Below are positions 37,524 through 59,860 of a stretch of 64,000 nt of DNA, piece after piece. A program made the position numbers and the translations under genes. How positions within the stretch are numbered: the first letter of the stretch is position 1; every line of letters begins with the position of its first letter. Under the pieces are notes generated by a model, which had not been told where the DNA came from, made no database searches, and was given only the letters and a program-made list of their open reading frames with translations. Source of the stretch: Podarcis pityusensis (Eukaryota); NCBI GenBank assembly GCA_964106645.2, contig OZ067038.1, one strand, 5' to 3'.

Positions 37524-37723
37524 NNNNNNNNNNNNNNNNNNNNNNNNNNNNNNNNNNNNNNNNNNNNNNNNNNNNNNNNNNNNNNNNNNNNNNNNNNNNN
37601 NNNNNNNNNNNNNNNNNNNNNNNNNNNNNNNNNNNNNNNNNNNNNNNNNNNNNNNNNNNNNNNNNNNNNNNNNNNNNNNNNNNNNNNNNNNNNNNNNNNN
37701 NNNNNNNNNNNNNNNNNNNNNNN
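37524..37723. other. Assembly gap (200 N)
   Basis: Run of exactly 200 N, typical of a fixed-size placeholder. Confidence 0.99.
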
Positions 37724-40700
37724 CCCTTGCCATCGGAGCACCAGACCCCCTCAGCAGGCGCCGGGGGTGGTACCTTCCTCCTGAATTGCGGCTCAGCCGA
37801 CGCCACGCCAGGAACAGCAAGAGGAGCAGCAGCAGCAGCAGGCAGACCAGGAAACTCACGACGGTGTCATCGCTGCTCTTGCCGCGGCCGCCCCCTCCCT
37901 CTGGAGCTGCTCCCATGGCTTTCCCTGGAAACAGCAGGAGCAGGGCAGAGAGCGCGTGGACGAACTGGGGTCTCTACAGAGAAAAAGGAGGCAGGATGAG
38001 TCCCTGCCCCAGCAATTTTAATATGACAAGGAGTCTTGAATGTTGGCCTGCTGTCTGCAGCTGTGGCGCTGCTCCCTGGGCTGTGTGGATCATGGAATCG
38101 TGCCCTGAAAACTCCCACTTGCACAGTGTTAATTGGACTCTGATGTAGATGTTAAGGAGGGATCATGGTGAAAAGAGCAGGGCACTGCCATTGCTCGGAA
38201 GCTGTCTTAGTTTTTAAAATGTTCACCAGCAACTGCCTGCATATATATATTTTTAACCTACATGCTGCAGCTAGGAGGGCTTGCAATTAAAGAAGACAAA
38301 AAAATGAGTTCCTGGCCTTGTGTGATGTTTGGGGATTTTATTGGATGCTGCAGTAGATCTGCTCATGGGGGGGCTTTGCATCATCGGTGGCAACTCGCAG
38401 ACCACTGGACATTTGCTGAAGTGCTATAATGTAAGAGGAGCAAGAGTGTGTGTGATTGTTTCCTAGTACAAGCTCCATTGATACAGTCATAAAGACATAT
38501 CCAGGTGGCGGAGGAGAAACTACAGCCAATAAGAGTTTTATAGCGAGTTGACTATAAATTATGCAGGCTTAAGAAAATGTGCATGCATATATATTTTTCT
38601 TGCATATTCCCCTGCTTTTTTTACGTAATTTATTTTGCTATGTTAGGGAGAGACAAGGAGCTATGTAGAGTCTTTGGAAGTCATCTTCAGTGACTACTGT
38701 GGTTTTGGAAATTCAGCAAGAATTTCTCATACTTATGATTGTGAAGATATGATAAAGCATGTACTTTTAAATATAAAAGTTGTGATTCTTTAGAAAGCTG
38801 AATTCTGTATACAAAGTCACCCTCAATTTAACCTCAACCTTTGCTTCAGAAGGCAGAACCTCTGTTTGGTGCTTTGGCCATTGGCAATTACTGTACTGTC
38901 TGCCCCAAATGACCTGAGGCTCAGTATGTCAGGTGAAGGAAAAAGATATATTTTCGCTAAGCCAGCATATGAAGGTAGACAGTGCCAATTATCAAGCTTT
39001 GTAGTTACCAAGAAAGAGCTGGTCCATTTAACTTGGGAAACATGGTGTTTCCGCCCGGGAACGAACCGGGGACCTTTCGCATGTGAGGGGTCCATTTAAC
39101 TTGGGCAGGTCTTGCTTCAGCTAATTTTATAGGGTGTGTTTGTCAAATGGTGAATGTCCTATTAGGCGTATGGAAGGAAGCGGGCTGTAGAAGCAGACTG
39201 CAGGGAGTTTTGGCTAACAGTTTGGTTTAATTGGCTGCTGCATAGCCACACCTCTGTCTTACACTGGCGCTAATGGAATACAGGCTGGGCAACAAGTCTG
39301 TTCCTTTCTTTTTCCTCCGTGTCACTGAAGCAAGGCCACTGAATATAATTCAGCAATGGAGGAAAAGGCTGGTGCCATCAAGGAAAGGGTAATCTGGGAG
39401 AATATTAGGACTGAACATGCAGGGAAAGGGAAGTTCCAAATCAATCTTGGGAGACAGCCTGCATAACTAAGCCTTAACTAACCTACACCTTGGATATTTG
39501 TGGTCTTCTGTGACCTGAAAGTAGTGAAGTAGTGTTAGGCAGAGAAAGCAGCAGCAAAGGAATCTAATGTTGAGGCAATGGGACAGGATAAGTCCCTGGC
39601 AGCACAGGAACAGCAAAGTCTTTTCCCACGTTCCACGATACTAATCAGCAAGGTATCTTTACAGGACTTCCAGTCTACTAACAGGATTTTTTTTGGGTTA
39701 GGGGGTGGTGGAGTAGAATAAAGTTAGGCTAGGAGACAAGACTTTGATAGAGCAGGTTTCCTACATTTTGAGGCTATTTTCTGAGGGTGCTGGATCTGTT
39801 TTCTGATCCGCTAAGTTCACATCTATACCAAAGCCAATGGTTGCCAGCCCTTTCAATAGGCACATTTGGAATCTGGAGTGAGTGTCACAAAATGGCTGCC
39901 ACATCTAAAAAATGCAGGCCCATAAAATGGTGCAGGCACCCCCCTCCTCAGTCAACGGGGGGGGGGGGGGAGCACAAATACCAGTCGCAGGGAAGCCCTT
40001 TGCAGAAGAAAGAGTGCATGTCTAGTCCTATCCTCCAATGAAATGGTATGTTTAAGGATGTATGCTAAGTGAAGGAGAGTCTGAGCCAATACACACCGGA
40101 AGTGCAAATGTTAGGGTGTTTTTTTTAGGGGGGTATTTCTAGAGACCTTTTGTGGGCATGTGCACTAGTGAAACCTTGGGGTTGTATTCAAAGTTGTGCC
40201 AAAGAGATCTATCCCATCAGCACAAGGATTTATCATGTGACACAGCATTGTCCCACTCCTCTCTCTGTGCCCCGCATAAATCTAATGTATTTAGTTCAAT
40301 ACCACCTCATTTGCTGTGTGCCTTGCAGCCTTGGTACTCTCACTTCTAAGAACTTGTCCTCTGCATGTTTAGAAGAGAGCAGCCATCTGGCGCCATCAAG
40401 TCCCACAAGCAGCACAACGTGAACATTAGCAAATGGCTGCAGCAGCAGCTTTCTTTGAAAGGTTGCAGGCCTTTGCAACCGGTTGCTTGCTCCTTTACGC
40501 AGAGAAAGTAACTGTAAGAGCAAGAGCATCGAAAGGCCTGTGAGGGAGAAAAGAGGCCACGGGATGGACGTTGCCACTAGGGTAGCCCCTGCAGCAAATT
40601 ATCATCAGCTTCCATTTTAGTTTGGGGATCAGGAGGGAGTGGCCCTCCAGGATTCCAACTCCCATCAGCCCTAGGCAGCATAGCCAAAGGGCAGGAATCA

Positions 40701-42549
40701 TGAGAGTCCAATGATAGCTGGAGAATCCCATCCCTGAGCTACACTAAATGGAAGCCGAATTCTACTCCACCCACCCTCCAAGCAAGATACCGTGTCAGAA
40801 GGCCATTTGCATATGTATTACAGGTGGACCGTGAGGTTAGCCTTTATCACACTTTTAGCATTTTGAAGAAGTATCAGCTTTGTTAAGACATCAATGCTGA
40901 TGCTTCTTCAAAATGCTAAAACAGTTACTGAGTGCTATTAGGAGACCACAGTTCTCTGTGAATCTGTACATCGGTCTCCTTCCTTGAAACAACTGGAACA
41001 GCAGCCAATGGGCCTACGCTACAGTATTTCTGAAGAATGTAGCAAGACACAAAGCACGGATGGGGAACTTGTGGCTCTCCTGCAGGGGGTAGACCACAGC
41101 TGACATGGGGCCATAGGTCAGTGGCAGAGCAAGTATCTGCTTTGCATACTGCAGGTTCCAGGTTCAAGTTCTAGAATCTCTAGGGCTGGGAGAAATCCCT
41201 GCATGAGATCCTCAGGGGCTGCTGCCAGTCAGTGTAGACCAGGGCTTCCCAAACTGGGGTCTCCAGCTGTTTTTGGACTACAGTTCCCACCATCCATGAC
41301 TACTGGTCCTGCTAGCTAGGGATGATGGGAGTTGTAGTCCAAAAACAGCTGGAGATCCAAGTTTGGGAAACCCTGGTGTAGACAGTACTGAACTAGATGG
41401 ACCAATGGCCTGACTCAGTATAAGGCAGCTTCCTATGTTTCTATAGTCCCTGACCATTAGCCATGCTGGCTGAGGCTCATGGGAGTTGGAGTTCAATAAT
41501 ATCTGGTGAGCAACAGATTTCCTATCACTGCTATCTACTGCAGCAGAAAAGCCCTTTGCTCCATCCCATATTAAAGGAAGCAGCTTTACCAACAAAGGAT
41601 TGAAGGCGGCAAAAAGCCCAGTTTTCAACTACTCGCAAAGGCCATTAAAGAGGCCAGCATCAGAGCATAGCTTAACCTTGGCGTTCTCTAGCCCAAAAGC
41701 AGAAATGTCATCTGGTGGAACAGAAGAACTTTAAGAGGTAAGGCAGAACATCAAAGGAAACAGAAGTGTCCGAGAAGCCAACGTGCCAGAGTAGTGCGCC
41801 TTATCAAACTGCCCTGTGGAATAAGGAGGGAACACAAAACAAAGGACTATAAGCAATGAAAGAAAAGCCATTCCAGTGCCGCAGGTCCTGGGCTTTCATC
41901 ACAGCAAAAGGGAAACCGACGCCATTGATACCTTTTAAGAACTTTTGCTGCTTCCAAGTGGTCTCACAGGCAGGGAGGAAGAGAATGCGGCACCACAAGG
42001 CATCTCTTGAATTATTTTACAATTTTCTGTGCAGCCTTTTCACTTAAGAAAATGCCCAAGGGAGTACCTTCTCCTCCACTGTAGCAAAACAAATTATAGA
42101 GCAGCAGCAGAATGGCCGCTGCATTCCCACCCCCCTGCCAGTGGCAGGAGAGAGAGGACAAAGTGGAGTCCCTCTGGTCAACCAGGGATGGCCACCACCT
42201 TATGAGCAGCATTTAACCAGCCTGTGCCAACAGCCCCTCTCTTATTCTTCCTTATCTGCCTTGGTAGCCCTGCCTGCTTAACTTCTCCTGGAGAAAAGAG
42301 AGCCTGGCACCTCCTTGCAGAAGCCAAAGAACAGCAAATGGAAAGAGCCCAGTGAGAGGCTCCAAGCCTAACCAGCTATTCGCGATAAGGAAACATTCTG
42401 GTTTCTAAAAGTCTTGGCCACTACTGTCTCAAGTCCAGTAGGGTTGTGCAACTTTGCCTCTTCTCGCTCTCACACTCTCTCTCACACACATGCCACCCTT
42501 CCAAATCCATCTTCTCCAGCCCCGTTGGGTCTACCCTCTTTCTTACCAT
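37724..42549 (-). CDS. PTPRCAP: CD45-associated protein (LPAP). Exon 1 contributes only the ATG (42549-42547); exon 2 runs from 37973 into the gap
   Basis: ACGATG|GTAAGA donor and pyrimidine-rich ..TGTAG acceptor, both phase 0. Translation M-RPQFVHALSALLLLFPGKAMG (signal peptide), poly-Leu TM, then AWRRLSRNSGGRYHP, matching human AWRRLSRDSGGYYHP. The ATG-only first exon and synteny fit human PTPRCAP. Confidence 0.88.
39043..39088 (-). pseudogene. Retroposed 3' half of mature tRNA-Val(CAC) including CCA
   Basis: Minus strand reads CCTCACATGCGAAAGGTCCCCGGTTCGTTCCCGGGCGGAAACACCA. It is flanked by the 17-bp direct repeat GGTCCATTTAACTTGGG (39021-39037, 39089-39105). Confidence 0.88.
41108..41440 (+). 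mobile_element. tRNA-derived SINE with a nested palindromic hAT MITE (41240-41375)
   Basis: A/B-box-like head and a ..GGCAGCTTCCTATG tail; the inner element has the 8-bp TSD GTGTAGAC. A related SINE copy lies at about 24210-24510. Confidence 0.8.
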
Positions 42550-42599
42550 CGTCAGGAGTGGAGTGCTCTTTGCTCTGCTGCACTGCATGTAGCCTGGAG

Positions 42600-42666
42600 G
42601 AAAATGAAACTTTGCAAGCAGTGGCCCTGTGTGTGCACTTTGGGGGTGGCGGAGAGATGTTTCCTG
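42600..42666. promoter_or_regulatory. PTPRCAP proximal promoter elements (ISRE-like, GC/CACCC box, ETS)
   Basis: GAAAATGAAACT 42600-42611, GGGGTGGCGG about 42642, and TTTCCTG about 42660, lying 50-120 bp upstream of the ATG. Confidence 0.45.
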
Positions 42667-45600
42667 CCTCTGCTCTTCACCCTGCACAGAGAAAACACTA
42701 CAAAGCTATACTTAGCACCTGATGCAAAGAATCAACTATTTACCTCTTTTGGGTACTTCCAACCATTATCAGGCTTAAGCAGAACTTCCCCATTGCACTG
42801 ATAAGCATCTCTCATTGGGAAGAAAGCCAGAATTATTAACCAAATTTGTTTCTCATGCCAGTGTCTGTTCTGCTTAAATTTGGGGTGGGGAAGAGGGAGA
42901 TATAAAATGTACCAAATCAAGTACTTTGGACAGCTATCAATGGTTGTCCCACCTTATTCACAAGGCTTTCAGGGCCTATGCTATGTACTGTAGCAGATTC
43001 CTGTGTTTGTTTGCTCCTCATCTGGGCTTGTACAACTGGATTAAGGACTCCTGATTGTAAAGGATAGTCCACTGCAGCTGATAGAGGAGTTTAAAAAAAG
43101 GTAAAGCACACTTCCACACCACCTACATCCCGGGAGGACGACGGCGGGGTGGGGTGGGTTATATAGAAGATGTACAGAGGGTGCTCAAGAAACTTTGCAG
43201 CTGTTTCCTTGCCCAGGAAAAGTAGAGCCAGGATGTGCTCTCTTCATTTCCACCACTTCATAGCCCTTGCAGTCGTATGGGAAAAGAGAGCGACCACTTT
43301 TCTACCCCATCAGCAGCTTTTGTCTATGCAGAGAGCACAGATCACAAATTGGTACCGCAGTGTGGAGGCTTTGCATGCATGGTTTGCATGCACCTTACAA
43401 CAACACTATTTCCTGCAGGCTCAGGCAGCAGAGGCGCCTTAATTCAACAGTGCCAACCACAAGTTTCCTGTCACCCCCACCCCCCAGAACAGCTTCTGCT
43501 GCTTGGTCTAGGACAGGAAGAGCAGCACACCTGCCACCCGCCACCTACACTCTTCCGGAGAACCTTAATGCGCAGCGGGTACCTACAGCATGCATGCACT
43601 TTGGTAGAAATCATATTGGCTTCTCCAGCAGCCACAAAAGACGTTGCTAGGAGCTAGATGCCCCACAAGCCCAGGAGATATTCTCTCTCTGCACATTCAG
43701 TGTTTACTGCGGTGGGAGATTGAATGTTTCAGAATTACTTTGCTTTGAAAAAACCTTAAAACTGCTTTTCAGAAAAAGCTCCTAAGGGAGCATTCAATTC
43801 ATTGTGGTATTTTTAAATAGTGGAAACAAACAATAGATTGTGTGTGCACATACACACACAGAGTAATGAATATAGCAATTGATAGGACTGCATAAAAGGC
43901 AATTCGACAGGAGCTAATTCAAACCAAAGGCCTGCCTGAACAATGTGGTCTTCAGCAGCTTGCAAAATGTCAAAGGGAGGAAGCTAGAGATGTATCTCTC
44001 ACCCTTCTGAACTATGCTTCAGTAGAGGAGGGAGGTGGAACAGAAACACACACACCCTCCAGCAGATCTCCCAGGGCAAGCAGAATCAGCTATTTCTTTA
44101 AATTCCCTGAACTGGGCTTGGTTGGAAATACACCAGGAACGACTGCAGATTAAACAAAGGAGCCCCATGCCTCATGTCACAAGCTCCTGGCGTCAGCATC
44201 CTGCATTAGCTGCAGATTCCAAATGATCCAATGCAGCCCCACAACGTTGCAGCAGTCCAAGCAGGATGTGACCCAGGCATGACTCTTGCAACAGTGGTGC
44301 AAGAGTGTTTTACATGTATGATGTGGCTGTGACCTTGCATGCCTTGATGGGAGAACAGAGAAGAGATGTAGGAGGGAATTGTTTTTGCTCCTGGCCCTGC
44401 CCACCAGCAACTTATGGCCCTTGGAAGTTTGTCTAGAAGAGAATGTGGCCCTCAGGCTTAAGAAGGTTCTCTGCCCCAGCCTAGCCCCAGTTCTGTCAAG
44501 ATTTGCCATAAGTCATCAGCTCCACTGTCTCATTGCTCCCAGTTCCTTATCAAACCAAAGACAACAAGTGGGCTGCACTCAAAAAGGCATGTACCACTTT
44601 ATGCACATTAGGCAAGTGCCTGTGCACACACAGCTGCAGAACACATTCCTCTTGCACATGTCCAAGGCTGGCTGTTCCAAGCTCAAAGGAGGGATGCCCC
44701 ACTGGAACTGAAGGAAGCAAAGTTCTTTCATTGCCAAGGAGTTTCTTGCAACAAATACAAGCACTGAGCAAAAGCTCAGGCAGATGCCAGATCAAAAAGG
44801 AAGGGGAGGGAAGACGCAGTGGGAGTTGCAGGAGAAAACAACATGAAGCTTCTTACAGTCCAAGCACTGTAAGCCAACTGAATATGAAAAGCCCCCTGGT
44901 GGAGAGTGCCAGAAAACCTTTCCTTTAGCGACCTATCCTTTTAAGGATATCAAGAGAGAGATTGCCAAACTAAAACCCAGATTAAACTTGGCTCAGCAAC
45001 TAAGATAGTGGGAAGTAGCAGAAACAAGAGGGCGCCTGACCTGCTCAAGTCAAAATGCAACCACGAAAGCAAGCCTGTTTCCCATACAATTACCTATCCC
45101 TCCTTGAGCAGGCATCTCACCAGGTAAATATCTAGGCTGGCATGTAGTAATTTGCTCTGTTTATGTGTGAGGGATAGCTCTACCTACATTCCTCTTTCTT
45201 CCAGAAGAGGGAGGCCTCATTTAACCTCCTGCCTCTATAGTGCATATTTCTCCAACCTTGTTCCTCTTTTAAAAAAATGCAAGCTCCTGCGCTACACATA
45301 CACACAAGGATTGTTCCAATTACATTCAAAAGTAGCAGCAAGCATGCATTTTACCTTGCTTAAAAATCCAGATTGTAAGTAACAGGAAATAAGCTTTGTT
45401 AGAATTCAAAACAAAAGTGGAGCAGCCAACAGGAAAAGGCCTGAATATTCACACATGTTCAGGGCATGCAAGACACTCTGAAACCCAGTATAAACACAGA
45501 ACAAGTGAAGCAATCTTCCCATTAAAAAAAAGTGAACATTAAAAGTTCAGGTTGGAAAGCCATTGCTTACTCACACAGACAGCCCTACCTTTCCATGTAA

Positions 45601-45964
45601 AGTTTGGCTCCTATACCCCTGAAAGCTATATGGCACATGCAGACACCAGTCATTTCCTAACACTGATTTAGAAAGGCTGAAGTTTAAGTGAAGTGTTCTT
45701 GTTTTTCCTGCAAGCATCCAACATGACTTGTGTCCTCCTTGGTTTCTTTGGGCAGCTCTAGGTGAGAAGAAATGCCAGGGCTGTTGCCTGTTCCACTGTG
45801 TTTTTCCACCACACGCTGAAAGTGAACCCACATAAAATGGTGGGAAGAAACCAAATGCTCCAGGGAAAGGCTGCGCTTACCCTGAACTCCTCTGAATTCA
45901 TCTGTGGAAAGAAGGGAGGCGGCAGCAACAGACTTGTGCACAGAGCTGTGGCTTTATAAAGACT

Positions 45965-45970
45965 TTTATT
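45965..45970 (-). promoter_or_regulatory. Candidate CORO1B polyadenylation signal (AATAAA)
   Basis: TTTATT on +, about 740 nt after the CORO1B stop. Confidence 0.6.
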
Positions 45971-46707
45971 TGGAATGAAAATATAGATTATTGAACCTGA
46001 ACAGTTTCTTTCCGCCTCCAAGCCCCTCGTGTGTTTCGTCAGAACCTGCTTGGCTGGAGGGAGGGAGGGAGGAGTGGTCCCAGAGACAAGAAACTTAAGG
46101 ACTGTGACTAGATGGCAGATTTACTTCATAGTCAAGCCTCAATGATCCCATCCATGGTCTCTTTGAAGTAAAATAAAATTCAGGCAAGGAAGCAGAAGAA
46201 TCCTCAACAGGATTCTCAGTGGTCCTAGCAGGGAAAAAGGGGAGAAGAGGCCTGGCCCATAGGAAGCACTGGCTTCCAATAAACCGCAAAATCCACCCGC
46301 CATGAGAGATTGGGAAGGGGAATCCCAGCCTTCTCGCCAGTGGAAACCGTGGGCATGTCAGACTGTGCAGTTAGCTAGTCCTGATCCCCACAGGGGGACA
46401 TACAAGCCAACCCCAGCCATGGGAAGGGGACAGGGCCAGAGGGACTCTGGCCAGAATAAGGCAAAGGGACAGATGTGGGGAGACCAGCACATCGCCCCTC
46501 GGGTAAAACAGGGTGCGGGAGAAGGAGGAGATTTGGTCCGAGACAAAACCCAAGAAACATTCCCAGTAGCAGCAAGAGAGGGCAAGTCCCTGTCTCACAC
46601 CACAGGGCAGGATGAGGCAGTGTATAAAGGGATTACTGGCAGCTCAAAAAAAGGTGAAGCGTTTAAGAAGATCCATGCTGGTGAGGTCTCCTCCGTGGGG
46701 ACCCCTC

Positions 46708-56995
<10,288 letters not shown>

Positions 56996-58509
56996 TCATG
57001 CACAACGCTCCCCAAGGGCGATGCTGCAATATGATTTCTAATAGGATTGTAATAAGGTTGTTCAGAAATGTGGAGCAGGAATCAAAGGAATTCGGCAGAG
57101 CTGCCGCACAGATTGCAATCACTTCACTTGCTGAAGATGTTGCAAGTCCGACCTCTTTCGACAATGAGCAGGAAGCCTCGGGTGCTCTTGATCAAACTTG
57201 GACCCCCCCCCCCAACATTCATATTTCGCCCTATATACATAAATACCTCTGTGCACTCAGGCTCTCGGCAGCTCTACATTTTTGGCCTCCATACAAATTT
57301 TTGCACTCCAGCTCATTTTATAATTGACAACTCGCATTTTCTCTGTGCTTTGCTTCTGTGTATAGGCAATAGTCACGTGCAGAGGCTCACTGATGACTAG
57401 CCTCTGGCTGGATTATTTGCCACTTGTTGTCCTGTTTCTGTTTCAATCGCTGCCAGTCTATCGTCTAATATCCAACCTCCTTTATTATGGGAGGGTGGGT
57501 TTCTACCTCGATTCGGCTCTATGTGGGTGGGAGGGAAACACAGCGGAAGAGGGAATTAGCAGCTTTCTCCTTTATGAATCCTGCAGTAGAATCCCAGCTT
57601 CATTCCAAACACTTGCCCTTTCAATAGATGCGTGCACACCGTAAATCAAAAGATACAGTGCTCTACACAATCTGGTACATAGGCTCTGCTATCCCATTTC
57701 TTTGGTTTACATGTGAAATGCCAGAAATGAAAATACACTTACAAGACCAGAGTACATACCCACCCCAATGCCACCCCAGAAAAGTGGCAGGCCAAAATCA
57801 CTGAAGTTAAAACCCCTTAGTGTAATTAATCAAAAGGCCCCATCAAGGCCTATCTATGGATGACTGACAGCGGACCTTCAGCCGTCAGTCGCAAGAGAAG
57901 GAAAACGCACTGAACTTCCTGTAGCCTTATATAGACGTGTTTTTCATGGAAGCAGTGCCCACCAAAAGCAAAATTCAGCCTGCTGCTTCAACACCTGATC
58001 AGAGTGAGACCAAACAAAAACCTTTAAGGCTAGAAGCAAGCATTTAAAAGCTCTGCAACCACAGCATACAACCCTTACAGTAAAGGGAATCAATCCATTT
58101 AAGCACAAGTTCTGTTTCAAGCACACAGTCGTAAGACTTTTGGGGAGATGGGGTAGGAACTTCCGTCTTCAGGTTTCAGCGGCAGCCCCACCCACTACTC
58201 CAAACTTTAACCAGGTGTGACTCAAAGCCACAGGAGAAAGATCCCTTTGGGTGGTTCCTGTGAGAATGGCCGATGACAGAGAAGGACTCAAGAATGGGCA
58301 AGCCTTGTTTATTCTTCTGTGCAGCCAGGAAAACTTTGGAGGAAGACAGGAAGGTGCAGAAGAATTGGCCAGATGCTACCTAACACCAGCGAACCAGAAC
58401 TTCGAACCCAGTAGTCTTCCTGTATTGGCGTTTGGGGACCAAAAGGAGGCGGAGGGAGAAAACAACATAAAGCAAGAACTTGAGAAAAGTAACGGGTTCA
58501 GGGTTGTTG

Positions 58510-58512
<3 letters not shown>

Positions 58513-58543
<31 letters not shown>
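58513..58543. repeat. (AC)n microsatellite
   Basis: Read directly. Confidence 0.95.
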
Positions 58544-58551
<8 letters not shown>

Positions 58552-59049
58552 CCTTTCCTCGGGAAAGGAAGTGTTTCCCGAAAACTCCTTTCCTGCAAGA
58601 AACAACCCCACAGGGAAATGGTTAAATCACAGCACAGTTGGTCCACTGAAGCCGCAGCCGGATGTGCAGCCGAACATTTTGCAACCAAAGCGCAGCTGTT
58701 ACTATCGGACGAAAAGGGACCAGAAGAATCTGGCGCAAGGAAGGTGTGGCCCCACCAGCGCTTACCTGGCACATACCCTACCTTCCTCCAAACTACAACA
58801 TACCCTTTTAAGGGGCCAAGGCATTATACAAGCCTTGCCGGGGCGAGGGGAGTGACCTGACCGGGTACTTTTTCAATAGGGAAGAGCAACTATGCTGGGG
58901 TTTAGCCCCAGAAACTATTGAATGCTAGCGGTCGAGCCCGATGACACAGACACAGCCAAAGGGAGCCTCTGAGCACCTACAGAGTGCTTTCCCTCCCCCT
59001 GGCACCGAGGAACCGCTCCCTTATACATGCATTTTGGTTTGCATACAAG

Positions 59050-59860
59050 CAGCAAGCTCTCGATCTAGAAAGTACCGAAAGGGAAGCTGGGGAGGCGAGG
59101 TGGGGAAATTGCCGCTCCCTTCCCGTTCCCGGCACCGGAGAGGCAAAGGCACAGCAGCAGGGCGGGACTCTGGGGAGGCGGGGGCGCAGAGGAACAGCGA
59201 CCGAGCTGGGTCTGGCGAAACCGACGCCTCCGCCTCTTCCTCCCCTCTTGAGCCTGCCTGATTCCCCGCTCTTCCCGCCCGGGAAGCGCCTCCGGGCCCG
59301 GCTCTCTCCGCCTCCCCTCTCCCCACCCGCAATCCCCGCCGAGCTTCACCCGCCCACCGCCACTCACCGGCTGGGGAGGACGGGGGCGACCGCAGCAGCC
59401 TCTCCCTTGCGCGCTGCCCAGGGCGGTGCAGGCGGCTGCGGGGAGGGAGGGAGGGAGCAGCAGAAGCAGGAGGAGGAGGAGGACCCCGGTTGGGCTGGGC
59501 TCTCGGCGGCTACAGGAAGTGACAGCAGCAGCGGCGAGGGCAGGCCGAGGAAGCTTCCTTCCCCGCGCCCAGTTCACCTGCCTTCGGGGCTGGGAGAGGC
59601 GAGGCGAGGGGAAGGGCTGCCTCTGGGGTCAGCGGCCGGCCACGCACCCCGGCGCGCGCCAAGGGCTGCCTGCCCGGGCAACACCCGCCGCGACGGGACG
59701 GGGGAGATGGGCCGGGCCGGGCCCAGGAACTGCCGTCTCCGCCGCTTGTCTTGGCGCGCAATTTCCAGGCTGCGAGGGTGGCGCAAGAGACTGTGCGCAG
59801 AACTCCGCCAGCCTGGAGAAAGTCGAGGAGAAAGTGCCTCTGAGCATGCGCCGAGTGCAT
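59050..59860 (-). promoter_or_regulatory. CORO1B: CpG-island promoter and non-coding exon 1 of CORO1B (donor after 59368; acceptor of the ATG exon at 56940)
   Basis: Very GC/CpG-rich. Minus-strand CCG|GTGAGT donor at 59368/59367 and ETS site CAGGAAGTG at about 59513. The ATG exon has an acceptor 2 nt upstream of the ATG, so it needs an upstream exon. Confidence 0.75.

Noticed and set aside
39043-39088. Functional tRNA-Val gene
   Set aside because: Lacks the 5' half and A box, and has an encoded CCA and TSDs, so it is a retrocopy.
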